Source of the DNA: Candidatus Levyibacteriota bacterium
GTDB taxonomy: Bacteria > Patescibacteriota > Microgenomatia > Levybacterales > UBA12049
Length of the DNA: 64,000 nt
Direction of reading: 5' to 3'
NCBI GenBank assembly: GCA_016182185.1
Contig: JACOXU010000001.1
Coordinates: forward strand, 115,190-179,189
A model generated the notes under the pieces. That model ran no database searches and had not been told where the DNA came from. It saw only the letters and a list, made by a program, of their open reading frames with translations. Made by a program: the position numbers and the translations under genes. Positions 12,746 through 23,271 of the stretch are shown here, piece after piece (the first letter of the stretch is position 1; each line of letters begins with the position of its first letter).

Positions 12746-13925
12746 GACCCACTAGGATCCACAGCCAAAACATAAAAAAAGAATAAAAAAGACTATTTAT
12801 AAAAAAACTGTTTATGATCAAGGAGATAGTTGAAACGAATAGTACTTGTGCAATAAAGTTTTTTCTGTGTTTTGCATATGAATATTTAATAATTTTATAT
12901 AAAAGCCAGATGTAAGCAGTGAAACCCACTATGCCAGTTGTCGCAAGAACAAACAAAAGACTTACATCTGCCCCTCCCTCTGCATGGCCCGGATAAAATT
13001 TAAGATCGGTAAACCCATAACCATATCTTGCAAATTTATAAGCGTTAAATCCAACACCAAGTAATGGATTTTTTGAAAAAATTAACATTGCCTCTTTGGC
13101 AGAAGTTATTCTTGCTTCTGATGATACTTTACGAAACAGATCAGTACCCTCTGTTTTAAATGCTTTTGGAGTCAATACTATCAAAAAAGAAGAAATTATA
13201 GCCAATACTAAAATAATTAACCATTTTTTCTTTAAGACGAGAAATATTGATAATCCAACTAGAACCATTAAAATTGCGCTTCTTGAGTAGGTCAAAAAAA
13301 TTGCAATAAAAGTGAGAATTCCTAAAATTCCGAAGAGAAGAATTTTATATTTACTCTTTCTTTCTATAGCCTCCTGTACTAACCCTATTGTTAAAAAAAG
13401 AGACAAAGAAAAAAAAGCCCCGGCAAAGTTAGGATCCAAAAAAACTGAAAACATCCTATATAAATGCTCGTCCCATCCTAAATAAAATAAATTTCGCAGA
13501 CTTGGATAAAAAAAATACTGAATATATCCGCTTAATAATACTAATGTCCCGGCAAATACCATAATATAAATAATTTTTGCCTGAAATTTCCTGTCAAAAT
13601 CAAAGATAGCAAAATATATCAAAAGATAAATTATAAAACGGACTATATACAAAGATGAAACTCCTAATTCTCGAATTGTTAAAGAATTAATGTTAAATAA
13701 TAAAGATAATATACAAACTGCTGTAAAAATAATTATGGGTCTTGATAATCTTCCCTTATTTCCTTTATTATTAATTACATGGTAAAAAATATAGTAGATG
13801 GCCAAAATCCCAACTGAAATCGTATTTAAATTAACAGCAGCTCCCCTTACAATTTCAAGTCTGATTATTTCACCAAATGGAAATGTCAACAAAGTTATGA
13901 CGAAAAGTATTTTCAATATACCCAT
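12729..13925 (-). CDS. O-antigen ligase-like (Wzy_C family) polytopic membrane protein
   Basis: About 10 TM helices and the YSRSAILMVLVG motif typical of the O-antigen ligase/WaaL family periplasmic loop. Confidence 0.55.
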   Translation of the reverse strand: MGILKILFVITLLTFPFGEIIRLEIVRGAAVNLNTISVGILAIYYIFYHVINNKGNKGRLSRPIIIFTAVCILSLLFNINSLTIRELGVSSLYIVRFIIYLLIYFAIFDFDRKFQAKIIYIMVFAGTLVLLSGYIQYFFYPSLRNLFYLGWDEHLYRMFSVFLDPNFAGAFFSLSLFLTIGLVQEAIERKSKYKILLFGILGILTFIAIFLTYSRSAILMVLVGLSIFLVLKKKWLIILVLAIISSFLIVLTPKAFKTEGTDLFRKVSSEARITSAKEAMLIFSKNPLLGVGFNAYKFARYGYGFTDLKFYPGHAEGGADVSLLFVLATTGIVGFTAYIWLLYKIIKYSYAKHRKNFIAQVLFVSTISLIINSFFINSLFYSFFMFWLWILVGLTENA

Positions 13926-15529
13926 TTTTGTCCTCCTAGAGAGTATAGATTTACTTTGGTTTTCTCATTCTTGTAAATTAAACTCCAATAAGAAAATCGT
14001 TTCGGAAGCATAGTATTTTGAGTAGCAATATAATTGAATGTATCACCTTTTTTAACCCAGGAAGAATCAATAAACGGAAAATTAACATAATATAAATTAT
14101 GAAATCCGTATAAAAGCACTCTATCTGATGGCCTTATATTTTTCTCCAAATACCCATCAGTGTCGTAAAAGTCTCCAAATGAAAAATTAAGATTTTCTTC
14201 TAAAAACTCGACTCGGGTTTCTTTTCCTAAAATTACTGGTAAATATTTTTCATTCGCTAATCCCCTGTACGTTATTGAGAAAACTGAATATATAATAATC
14301 AGTAAAATTAAAAATTTGTAAAAGTATTTGATCTTCATATATTCATTTATAACCCCTGCCAAAATAATTGAAAAAGCCGGTAAATAAGGCATAATAAAAC
14401 GTCCTCCTCCGGTCCTGGGAGTAAAATACCAAATGACAACGGAAAAAATTGAATAAATCAAAATAACTTTAAGAAGTACGTTAAATCTTCTAAATTTAAG
14501 AACAATCAGAGGTAAAAATACTAAATAAAGAAGAGATATCCGATCGGGAAGATTTGTGAAAAATACCCACATTTCTTTCAAGAAATTAATCGGATTTAAT
14601 AAATTAATATCTAAGCTTATTGGATAGGTGTTTGAGAAAAACGGATATATTAGGTTACCAGTATGAATAAATGAAAAAATAAACCAGGGTAGGGGGATAA
14701 TCACAACCATAATTACAAAGACAAAAATTCTGCTTACTAGTATTCTTCTATTCTTTTTATAAAAACCATAATAATAAGTTATAAGTAAGATAAAAATAAA
14801 AATTGAACCAATCGATAGCAACTTAGTGGTAACTGCAAGACCCAACATGACAGCTGATTCGATTAACCATTTCTTTTCTCCTTTTTCAAAAAAATTAACA
14901 AATCCCCATAGTGCCATTAGCTCAAAGAATGTTCTTGTTAAATCTACATATGCGGTTATTGACTGCCATCCAATAACTAAATTTGAGTAAAAAATAGCCA
15001 CAGTGATTATTGCAATTTTTCTATCAAAAAACTTCCTGGATAGTAGGTATAAGGCTGTACATGAGGCAATTCCAAACGCGAAGTGAATTAACTTAGCCCA
15101 CGTCTCTCTCCCAAACGCTAAAGACGCAGTATAAAGCATCTCAGTAAGTTTTGGCATATCCGAATAATAAAGAAGTCCTCCGGGGATATGAACTATTGAG
15201 TGATTAAGAAGGTATATTTTAGGTAAAGTAAGATGATACCAAAGTGCATCAAATCCTAGTTCCGGTCCAAGCGCACCGGCTAAATTTACCGTGGCTTGGG
15301 TTACTAATAATATGATTAAAATGGACTCAAGTTTGTACTTTTTAATATTTACAGATATCAGTTTTAAACTGCTAAACTGTTCTATAATTTTATTTTTAAA
15401 AAAATAAATTAATATCAAAAAATAAATAATAGTCGCTAATAGTATTGTCTCTTTGTGCAAAAAACCTAATAATCCAATAGCAAATATTAAGTATGAATAA
15501 ATCCCGATCAAAATAGCAAGCGAAAACAT
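13913..15529 (-). CDS. GT-C fold membrane glycosyltransferase-like protein
   Basis: 538 aa, more than 10 TM helices with a large loop. Lies among PMT/ArnT-like neighbours. Confidence 0.4.
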   Translation of the reverse strand: MFSLAILIGIYSYLIFAIGLLGFLHKETILLATIIYFLILIYFFKNKIIEQFSSLKLISVNIKKYKLESILIILLVTQATVNLAGALGPELGFDALWYHLTLPKIYLLNHSIVHIPGGLLYYSDMPKLTEMLYTASLAFGRETWAKLIHFAFGIASCTALYLLSRKFFDRKIAIITVAIFYSNLVIGWQSITAYVDLTRTFFELMALWGFVNFFEKGEKKWLIESAVMLGLAVTTKLLSIGSIFIFILLITYYYGFYKKNRRILVSRIFVFVIMVVIIPLPWFIFSFIHTGNLIYPFFSNTYPISLDINLLNPINFLKEMWVFFTNLPDRISLLYLVFLPLIVLKFRRFNVLLKVILIYSIFSVVIWYFTPRTGGGRFIMPYLPAFSIILAGVINEYMKIKYFYKFLILLIIIYSVFSITYRGLANEKYLPVILGKETRVEFLEENLNFSFGDFYDTDGYLEKNIRPSDRVLLYGFHNLYYVNFPFIDSSWVKKGDTFNYIATQNTMLPKRFSYWSLIYKNEKTKVNLYSLGGQKWVY

Positions 15530-15535
15530 ATAATC

Positions 15536-17128
15536 TTAATCAATCCTAAATATTAGGATCGATCCTCCAACTATATCATAAGACTCAATATCTTTAATTC
15601 TAGTATCCTTATAATATCCGCACAAATACCAGCAGGTTGCGCTAATTGCAATTGTTGAATTTTTCGTAAGCTTAAGATCATAAGTTTTTTGAGTGTCGCT
15701 TAAGCTTGCATCTTTTATTCTCATATACTTTAAACCTAAAATTTTTGGGTCTAAATCGCCAAAGTAGGCCAGCTGAAGATCTGATATGTTATTTTTATCC
15801 TGATAATTCTTTAATACAACTAATCCCTGGCCCCAATCATAATTAGCATCAAATACATATTTATAGCCATTTTTATATCCGTCAAAAAATTGATTTGTAA
15901 ATGAAACATAGTGCGGGGTCACTTTAAAAAGTCCATAAATATGCCACAATAATAACCCGGCAAGAATTCCGTATTTAATTACAGTTTTCTTGGTATTGAT
16001 ATTTATTACTTGACTTGAATACATCATAATCAAGATATAGAGAGGCAGAATATAACGTAACACCAAGGTAACTTTTGTAAACATAATGCTTGCTAAAACA
16101 AATGTAATTGGGATAAGTACGACGAGATGCTTCTTTCTTTTTTTTATAAAGTAAAATGCACTTGTTAAAAAAAATAAAATTATGGTTATTGGAGTTTTAA
16201 TTAAAATTATTAGTGGAAAATAATATCCTGGATGACCTAACCCTGATAAATCTCCCATAATAAACGAGTCTTTTCTATACCATCCAGAATAGTTATATAA
16301 AATCTGCTGTTTGATAGTACTTATGTAGCTTCCCAAAGGCATGGGTTGCGTAAGTGCAATTTTTACTAAGTAATTTGTTTCAGCAAGTTTTATTGCAGGC
16401 CTTTCTGGATCAAATCTATAACCCAAAAGAGGTTCAAATGTAAAAAAATAGGTAGACCATAATGTAAGTAGCGTAATGAAGATTAGTAATAATATAGAAT
16501 TTTTCTTCTCCTTCCAAAAAGTAATAGTTTTCCATTTCGGATTGTCAAAAAAATACACAATAATTAGTGATGGGAATAAAAAAAATAACGCACTAATCTT
16601 CGACGATAACGTAAGTCCGAGAATAATTGAAAAGAAAATTATTTTTTTGTAAGAAAATTTTTTCTTCCAGATAAAATATAAGTATAGTGTCAGAACAAAT
16701 AGAAAAGAAAAAATCATATCCATCGTGGCGTAATGACCATGCGCAAGTATATTAGGATCAATTGTAAAAAGTGTTAATGATAAGAAAGCTGCGGCTGTTC
16801 CAAATAATTTCTTAGTAAATAGATAAATTAAGAGTGAAAAAAGTAAAGTTACAACTATAACTACCATTCTCGGGGCTATTAGACGAGGATCTTTATAAAC
16901 TTCAGAATTTATAAGCATTGGAAGCGCAACTAATTCTCTTGCAAAAGGAGGATTAAAGGGATCAAGACGAAAATCATGTTTTGTTAAGAATCCGTATCCT
17001 ACTTTTACATAGGTTACCTCATCGTAAACTCGAGATTCATTAATAACGCCCTTAAATAAAAGCGTGAAAAGAACCAACTGCATAAAAATAACAAACATAA
17101 CTCTATAAATTTGAGTTTTGTTTTTCAT
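15536..17128 (-). CDS. PMT/ArnT-like (GT39/GT83-type) GT-C membrane glycosyltransferase
   Basis: N-terminal TM helix followed by a first-loop DE motif (YDEVTYVKVGYGF) as in PMT/ArnT enzymes. 530 aa, polytopic. Confidence 0.55.
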   Translation of the reverse strand: MKNKTQIYRVMFVIFMQLVLFTLLFKGVINESRVYDEVTYVKVGYGFLTKHDFRLDPFNPPFARELVALPMLINSEVYKDPRLIAPRMVVIVVTLLFSLLIYLFTKKLFGTAAAFLSLTLFTIDPNILAHGHYATMDMIFSFLFVLTLYLYFIWKKKFSYKKIIFFSIILGLTLSSKISALFFLFPSLIIVYFFDNPKWKTITFWKEKKNSILLLIFITLLTLWSTYFFTFEPLLGYRFDPERPAIKLAETNYLVKIALTQPMPLGSYISTIKQQILYNYSGWYRKDSFIMGDLSGLGHPGYYFPLIILIKTPITIILFFLTSAFYFIKKRKKHLVVLIPITFVLASIMFTKVTLVLRYILPLYILIMMYSSQVININTKKTVIKYGILAGLLLWHIYGLFKVTPHYVSFTNQFFDGYKNGYKYVFDANYDWGQGLVVLKNYQDKNNISDLQLAYFGDLDPKILGLKYMRIKDASLSDTQKTYDLKLTKNSTIAISATCWYLCGYYKDTRIKDIESYDIVGGSILIFRID

Positions 17129-17130
17129 AA

Positions 17131-18135
17131 TTAAGCTTTTAATTTTAAATTTTTATTCCTGGCAGTAAATAAAGTAGAAATTCCGATAATAAGTGCTGGT
17201 GCAAACGGAACACTGAATCTTGAAAATTCTTCAAGAAATGGAGTTGGTCCTATAAAAAAAATAAAAAGCAGCGATAATCCCATCCAGAAAAAACTTATTT
17301 GGTGAAACCACGAAAGGCTTCTATGCTTATAAAGTAAAATAAAGCCAAAAAAATTCAGAATCAGATAAAAAATACCCGATGCTAAAATTCTATACTGGCC
17401 CCAGTCAATTGCTCTTGGAATATCCTTAAAAATTTGAATTACTCCAAAGGTTGCCCTGCCATGTACGGGATAAACAATAAACTGTTGAAAAATACCAGAT
17501 ATTCCAAATATTAAATAGTTAAATAAAAACAAAAATGAAAATATCATTAAAAATCCGGCCGTCAACGACAAAAGATGTTTACGTTTATTGTTTAAATAGA
17601 GATGTATAACCATTGCAAGAAACAAACAAATAGAAATTAATCTTATATCCGTAGCAAATCCTATGGTAAGTCCGGTAATTAAAAATAAATTACGCCGATA
17701 TAAGATAATTGCCAAAAGAAGTAAAAAAACAGTTATTGGCTCTGTAGCTATTTTTGTGCTTTGAATCACCCAGACGGGAGGAAAAAGAGAAAAGAAAAAC
17801 GCAGCCCAATTATTTTTTGTTAACAACCAAAAGAAATAAATTGAAAGTAAAGACGATATCAAACTTATTACTAAACCACTCGTAATAAAAGATTTATAAA
17901 TCGATTCAAGCAATAGTATGACAACCGGGTATCCGGGGAATAAACGGGTATCGAGAGTATCTTTTGGAAAATCAGAATTATTAACGATTTTGTCTTTAAG
18001 ATATTGCGTATAATTTATATAATTATCCTGCTGAATACTGTAATTAGGATCTTTGATATGAAATCCGATTATCGCCAAACGAATAAGTAAGGAGAGAAAT
18101 ATTATTATAAATATAATCTTTGATTGTATTTTCAT
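17131..18135 (-). CDS. polytopic membrane protein (putative glycosyltransferase)
   Basis: 334 aa, highly hydrophobic. ATGA overlap with the upstream gene places it in the same operon. Confidence 0.4.
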   Translation of the reverse strand: MKIQSKIIFIIIFLSLLIRLAIIGFHIKDPNYSIQQDNYINYTQYLKDKIVNNSDFPKDTLDTRLFPGYPVVILLLESIYKSFITSGLVISLISSLLSIYFFWLLTKNNWAAFFFSLFPPVWVIQSTKIATEPITVFLLLLAIILYRRNLFLITGLTIGFATDIRLISICLFLAMVIHLYLNNKRKHLLSLTAGFLMIFSFLFLFNYLIFGISGIFQQFIVYPVHGRATFGVIQIFKDIPRAIDWGQYRILASGIFYLILNFFGFILLYKHRSLSWFHQISFFWMGLSLLFIFFIGPTPFLEEFSRFSVPFAPALIIGISTLFTARNKNLKLKA

Positions 18136-19232
18136 CTGATTTTATTCCAATTTTTTTTTACCATAATTATCCAAAGCAACAGCATGCCTAAAAACCCGTG
18201 CGACAGAATTATTGGACCAAACAAAGCATTGGCAAATGCTTCAGGATTTTTAATATTAAATGCAACTAGCAAGTATGAAATACCTATGAAACTTAATGTT
18301 AATACACTTTTGGTTTCAGAAATAAGAAAATAATAAGGAATAAGTAAAAGTACAAGATGATGTTGCATGGTGTAACTTTTAACTAATAACACAACAACCA
18401 TAAGTAATGTGAATGATCTTATAAGATCTGTTTTTTTAATAATAAGATATGTTGAGATAATTAAGATAAACATAATTGGTAAAATCATTATTGCTTTTGG
18501 AATATCAAATCGTGCTAAAAAACCTGTAATCGACTGGTTATAATACGGATCTCCGCTTGAGTTTATAAAAAAGGGCAAAAGGACCGATTTTAAATAATAA
18601 GAGTAAATCTCAAAGTCAATAAATAAAAGTGATGGAATAAAAAGAAGAATTGTAAAAATTATTAAAGATGTAATAACTGCCCATTTTTTCTTTATTGCCA
18701 GTAATATAAGAAACATTCCCGGAAACAATTTTAAGTAAATCGCAATGGAAAGAATTAAGCCAGAGAATACTTTCTTTTCGAAATGCAGGAAATAAATAAA
18801 CAATGACAATAACAAAAGCAGGATCAAGTTTATTTGACCCATTCCCAATGTAAATTTAAATGGGAAAGATAAAACCAAAAAAGAAAAGATTATTAAAATT
18901 ATACTTGTACTCAAAGGCTTTATTAATCTTAAAACTAATATTGAAAGAATTGCAGATATGATGGACATAATCATCCAGATTTTGGAAGAAAGTGCTAAAG
19001 ATAAACCTAAAAAGGGAATGAACATCAAAATTACCAGAGGCGGATAGAGAATTTGAGTAAATAACAAAGGGTTTTTATAGGGATTTTGATTACTCAAAAG
19101 TGCTCCAGCGGATTGATAAAAAAGATTAAAGTCGGGAAGACTGCTGTTCCATAAGAGAAAAGTTGTACGCAGCAAAGACAAAACCCCGACGAGAAAGATA
19201 AAAATTGTTATTTTTTTTGCCATAGAAGCCAT
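18132..19232 (-). CDS. polytopic membrane protein (putative mannosyltransferase-like)
   Basis: 366 aa with about 10 TM helices. In an operon with its neighbours. Confidence 0.4.
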   Translation of the reverse strand: MASMAKKITIFIFLVGVLSLLRTTFLLWNSSLPDFNLFYQSAGALLSNQNPYKNPLLFTQILYPPLVILMFIPFLGLSLALSSKIWMIMSIISAILSILVLRLIKPLSTSIILIIFSFLVLSFPFKFTLGMGQINLILLLLLSLFIYFLHFEKKVFSGLILSIAIYLKLFPGMFLILLAIKKKWAVITSLIIFTILLFIPSLLFIDFEIYSYYLKSVLLPFFINSSGDPYYNQSITGFLARFDIPKAIMILPIMFILIISTYLIIKKTDLIRSFTLLMVVVLLVKSYTMQHHLVLLLIPYYFLISETKSVLTLSFIGISYLLVAFNIKNPEAFANALFGPIILSHGFLGMLLLWIIMVKKNWNKIR

Positions 19233-19978
19233 AATTTACTGCGAGCAAGAAATGAATGAAAGCTCATCATCAGTGCAGTAATTAAGCCCTCGATCCCGTC
19301 AAAAATTCCAAGTTTTAAAAAATAATTAATAATAAATTTCATTTTTGCATAAAGAACTATCGAGAAAAAATTCGACTTTACTCCCCTATCATAAAGCTCC
19401 TTTGCTCGTATATCTGAATAAAAATTTATCTCTTTAAGGAAATCACTAATTGTCGGGTGGGGATAATGAAGTAAAGAATTCTTCAGCTCTCCAACTTTAC
19501 CTTTAACATTCCATATTTCATGCACTTTTCCCTGCCATTCTCCTTTTTCTTTTCTGGCTAATCTCAAGAGCTTAATATTAGCCGTTTCACCGTATTCTAG
19601 TTCTTTTCCCCACATAAAATCCCGTCTTCTGATATAAAACCCATTGATATTTGATATTTGATATTTGATATTTGATATTTCTGAAGCAAGCGCTTCAGAA
19701 ACCCTCTCATCTGCATCAACAAATAAAATCCAATCGCCTGTCGCCTTCTCTAATCCAAAATTCCTCTGAGCCGAAAAATCTCCATCCAGATATCTCTGAT
19801 AAGTTTTGATTTTTGAGCTGTAATTTTGAATTTTGAATTTTGAATTTTGAATTATTTCTAATGTTTGGTCTTCCGAATAATCATCGATAACTATTATTTC
19901 ATCGCACCACTGAAGATTTTGCAGGCAATCTTCGATATTTTTCTCTTCATTTTTTGTAAGAATAACTACGCTAATCAT
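19208..19978 (-). CDS. glycosyltransferase family 2
   Basis: MISVVILTKNEE…VIDDYSEDQT…FVDADE shows the GT-A DxD fold. It contains both heptanucleotide repeat tracts. Confidence 0.75.
   Translation of the reverse strand: MISVVILTKNEEKNIEDCLQNLQWCDEIIVIDDYSEDQTLEIIQNSKFKIQNYSSKIKTYQRYLDGDFSAQRNFGLEKATGDWILFVDADERVSEALASEISNIKYQISNINGFYIRRRDFMWGKELEYGETANIKLLRLARKEKGEWQGKVHEIWNVKGKVGELKNSLLHYPHPTISDFLKEINFYSDIRAKELYDRGVKSNFFSIVLYAKMKFIINYFLKLGIFDGIEGLITALMMSFHSFLARSKLWLLWQKK
19645..19679. repeat. (TGATATT)x5 tandem heptanucleotide repeat inside a GT2 CDS
   Basis: Counted directly in the sequence. Encodes NIKYQISNI on the minus strand. Confidence 0.9.
19822..19849. repeat. (AATTTTG)x4 tandem heptanucleotide repeat inside a GT2 CDS
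   Basis: Counted directly. Encodes QNSKFKIQN on the minus strand. Confidence 0.9.
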
Positions 19979-22157
19979 TTTTATTTACTAATATTTTATT
20001 ATTATTCTCTTCAATATAAATTTTCAAATTCTCATCGTTTTTGGAGGGCTCACTTTTATAATAGTACCAGAGAAGGTATTCGTAATTCATGGTAAAACTG
20101 TCAAATTGACTCCCAGTTCCCTTCCCGATTAAATTATACGCATTACCAGAGGTAAGTTGGTAAATTTTTTCAGTTGCATTTCTTCTTATTAAAAATTCCG
20201 GACTACCCGAATTAATTTTATTTAGAAAATAATAAATGTTTGTGAAAATAAGAATAACCATCAATAGAACTCCTATTACTTTAAATTTTTTGATTAAATA
20301 TTGTAAAAAAATTGCAGATATGATAATTACAACTGGAAAAAATACAGGTAAATAAGCCTGGGAAGGAATTTTGTTTATTAAAAAAGCAAGAACTGTAATT
20401 AAAAATAGAAAAATAATAATAATTTCTGAGATGTTTTTTTTTGCGATTGCCCTATAGATAAGATATAAAAAAGTTGAAAATAAAAATAATAAAGCAATAG
20501 GTTGATTTATTGGGAAAATTATTTTACGGTATTCATTAAATAAAAATACGAAAATTTCTCCGTTTGGCATATCAGTTGCTGAAATCAAGCCGGGCACCGA
20601 ATTTATCAATTTTAGAGACACCCATGCAAAATAACCAAAAGTTTGTAAAAATCCATTTTTAATATCATGGATAATTACAGGCAGCATTGTAAAAATAATC
20701 CCAACAACAATGAGGGATAATATTTTTTTATTTATTATATTTAATGCCCATTTTCTCTTCCATGCCAATCCAGAAAGAAAAAATACTAACAGTACTCCGG
20801 CCAGCGAGAAAGTTGCCAACTCAAAATTATAAAGAATTCCAATAAGCATAATAACCCAAATAAAATATATTACTTCTCCCTTAACCCACTTAAAAAGGGA
20901 GTAGATAAATAGTATTGTGAAAAGTGGAATTAGCGTAGTATGGTATGGAAAGCGTTCATTTATTATTATCAAGGGTGATATTGCGTACAAAAAAGAAGAT
21001 ACAATGGCTGTATTTTTCTCAAACATTTTTTTGACAATTTTATAGATGATAAAAATAGACAAACTACCTACTACCGCAGTAAAATAACCCGGAATTAGCG
21101 GATTGAAGCCAAAAATTTTGAAAATTAAAGCTAATATGTATGTCCAATACGGCCCTTGATGAAGCCAAGTGTGACTAGATGTTATCCCAACCAATGGAAT
21201 TTTACCTGTCAATACCATGTCTTTTGCGGACAAATAAAACCACCCCTGATCTCCAATAAAACTCATTGTTTCGCTCAATTTATATATTCTTAGGAAAAAT
21301 CCGATTGTTAATGCGCATATAAGAAGGACTATATGCTTATCAATTCTTAAAAAAGTTTCAGTAAGAATCGCAGAGAACAAACCAAAATGTTTCTTAAAAT
21401 AATAAAATCTGCTATTTGAGAATATTTTTTTTATGTCTTGCCTGCTTCGGCTACTACTTACGCCCCATTTATGAATTATTCTTGCTTTTGGAGTAATAAA
21501 AATCTTATATTCCAGTTCCCTCACTCTTTTACAAAGATCAAATTCTTCAAAGAAAAGAAAGAAGTTTTCATCAAATCCATTTATTTTTTTAAAAATTTCT
21601 TTTTTTATCATAAAAGCTGTTCCGGGAACAACATCTACCTCTTTAATATTTTTTTTGTCCCACCCAATTAGGTAATAGTCTTTATAAATTCTATTTGCGG
21701 GAATTAGTTTATTGATAAAAGAAAGAGAGAAAATAGCGCGAATCGGTGTTAAAAACCGAGTTCCCTGAAGAGGATATGGATTATTGTTTTTATCAAAAAG
21801 CAGTGGTGCCACAATTCCAATTTCGTTATCTCTACTGATAAATCTGAACAATTCATCTATTGCCTCTGGATAAGTTCTAGTGTCCGGATTTAAGAAAAAC
21901 AAATACTTTCCTCTTGCAAACTTTGCCCCTAAATTATTTCCGGCTCCATAGCCAATATTCGTAGGGCTTTTTATATACTTAACTGACTCAAACATTTTTT
22001 TAAGCTCTTTTTCAAATCTTTTTTCTCCATCGTTATCAACTACAATAATTTCGTAGGTAGCCTTGGTATTTGACGTCTCAATTGATTTTATGCAATCAAA
22101 TAATTCCTTTTTCGATTTATAATTAACAATTATTATTGATATATCGATTTTATTCAT
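19971..22157 (-). CDS. GT2 catalytic domain fused to a large polytopic membrane domain
   Basis: The N-terminal 250 aa or so form a GT-A domain (ISIIIVNYKS…VVDNDGE…). The C-terminal 470 aa or so carry at least 10 TM helices. Confidence 0.7.
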   Translation of the reverse strand: MNKIDISIIIVNYKSKKELFDCIKSIETSNTKATYEIIVVDNDGEKRFEKELKKMFESVKYIKSPTNIGYGAGNNLGAKFARGKYLFFLNPDTRTYPEAIDELFRFISRDNEIGIVAPLLFDKNNNPYPLQGTRFLTPIRAIFSLSFINKLIPANRIYKDYYLIGWDKKNIKEVDVVPGTAFMIKKEIFKKINGFDENFFLFFEEFDLCKRVRELEYKIFITPKARIIHKWGVSSSRSRQDIKKIFSNSRFYYFKKHFGLFSAILTETFLRIDKHIVLLICALTIGFFLRIYKLSETMSFIGDQGWFYLSAKDMVLTGKIPLVGITSSHTWLHQGPYWTYILALIFKIFGFNPLIPGYFTAVVGSLSIFIIYKIVKKMFEKNTAIVSSFLYAISPLIIINERFPYHTTLIPLFTILFIYSLFKWVKGEVIYFIWVIMLIGILYNFELATFSLAGVLLVFFLSGLAWKRKWALNIINKKILSLIVVGIIFTMLPVIIHDIKNGFLQTFGYFAWVSLKLINSVPGLISATDMPNGEIFVFLFNEYRKIIFPINQPIALLFLFSTFLYLIYRAIAKKNISEIIIIFLFLITVLAFLINKIPSQAYLPVFFPVVIIISAIFLQYLIKKFKVIGVLLMVILIFTNIYYFLNKINSGSPEFLIRRNATEKIYQLTSGNAYNLIGKGTGSQFDSFTMNYEYLLWYYYKSEPSKNDENLKIYIEENNNKILVNKND

Positions 22158-23271
22158 TTTGTAAATATTTTTTAATAATGTTCAGTAAATTTTTAGAACT
22201 TTTTTCCCATGTCCAATTATTTTTAACATTACTTATAGCATTCTGGCCAAGAATTTTAATAGATTCATCATTATTTATTAACGTTAATAGTTGATGCGCT
22301 AATATTTGAGGCTTATTTTTTATCAAAAAACCAGTTTTTCCATCTATTACAGTTTCCAGATATCCTCCGGTTTTAATAGCGATTACAGGAGTCCCGCAAG
22401 CCTGAGCTTCAATAGGCTGAAGTCCAAATGGCTCTTTATATGAAAGGCTCACGAAAATTTTGGATTCCGAGTATAATTTTCTCATCACACTATCGTCCGT
22501 TATCCATTCATTTTCTCTCAGAACATATCTTACCTTTGGCTTTTTATTCATAATTTTTATTGCGTTTTTTAAAAGAAGGTAACCTTCTGCTTGATCCTTC
22601 GACCCTATAAAAAGAACGTCGTAATTTCTATCAATATTTTCAGGATAAAAAATTCTATCATCAACGCCCATATAGCATACTTTGGCAATTAGGTTATATG
22701 CTTTTTTTATATTTTTTTTTGTAAATTTTGAGTTTGCAAGAAGAATATCAGCCGATTCTATATTTCTTCTATCAATTATTTTTCTAATTTTTCGATTTAT
22801 TTTCTCGCAAACTCTTCTTTCAATACTTAAATTATCAGGAATATCAAATAATTTTTCGTAAATAATTCTTAACGGCTCCTGACAATAATATACAGAAGTT
22901 GTTTTAAGCATGCTTAATATAAAAGGAGCCTGCGTATATTTTGATCCATGCACAAAAACAAAATCATATTTATTACTATCAATTTCTTTAGTAATTTTAT
23001 TATGAAGTCTATAAATTTTAAATAATTCTATCGTGTCTATATAAAGTTTTGCTTTCCAATCATTACCATGCCATTTTTTCGGAATAAATTTGTTAAAAAA
23101 AACTTTTTTGAACATGCCAAGATTCCTCTCTTCTGAATCATCTATGTAAAAAAGGTCAATATCATGTTGTTTTCGTAAGGCTTTCCCAAGCTCAAGCACT
23201 GCCCGCCTTGCCCCTCCGAATGGTAACTCATGAAAAAATGCAATTTTCATTTTTTGCTTCTCATAACACAT
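22150..23271 (-). CDS. glycosyltransferase family 4 (GT-B)
   Basis: C-terminal motif EPFGLQPIEAQACGTPVIA…GG is typical of GT4. The start may instead be the internal Met at 23250. Confidence 0.75.
   Translation of the reverse strand: MCYEKQKMKIAFFHELPFGGARRAVLELGKALRKQHDIDLFYIDDSEERNLGMFKKVFFNKFIPKKWHGNDWKAKLYIDTIELFKIYRLHNKITKEIDSNKYDFVFVHGSKYTQAPFILSMLKTTSVYYCQEPLRIIYEKLFDIPDNLSIERRVCEKINRKIRKIIDRRNIESADILLANSKFTKKNIKKAYNLIAKVCYMGVDDRIFYPENIDRNYDVLFIGSKDQAEGYLLLKNAIKIMNKKPKVRYVLRENEWITDDSVMRKLYSESKIFVSLSYKEPFGLQPIEAQACGTPVIAIKTGGYLETVIDGKTGFLIKNKPQILAHQLLTLINNDESIKILGQNAISNVKNNWTWEKSSKNLLNIIKKYLQNE

Noticed and set aside
19645-19679. Short tandem repeats as a CRISPR array
   Set aside because: The units are 7 nt and contiguous, with no spacers. 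They sit inside intact ORFs and keep the ORFs in frame.
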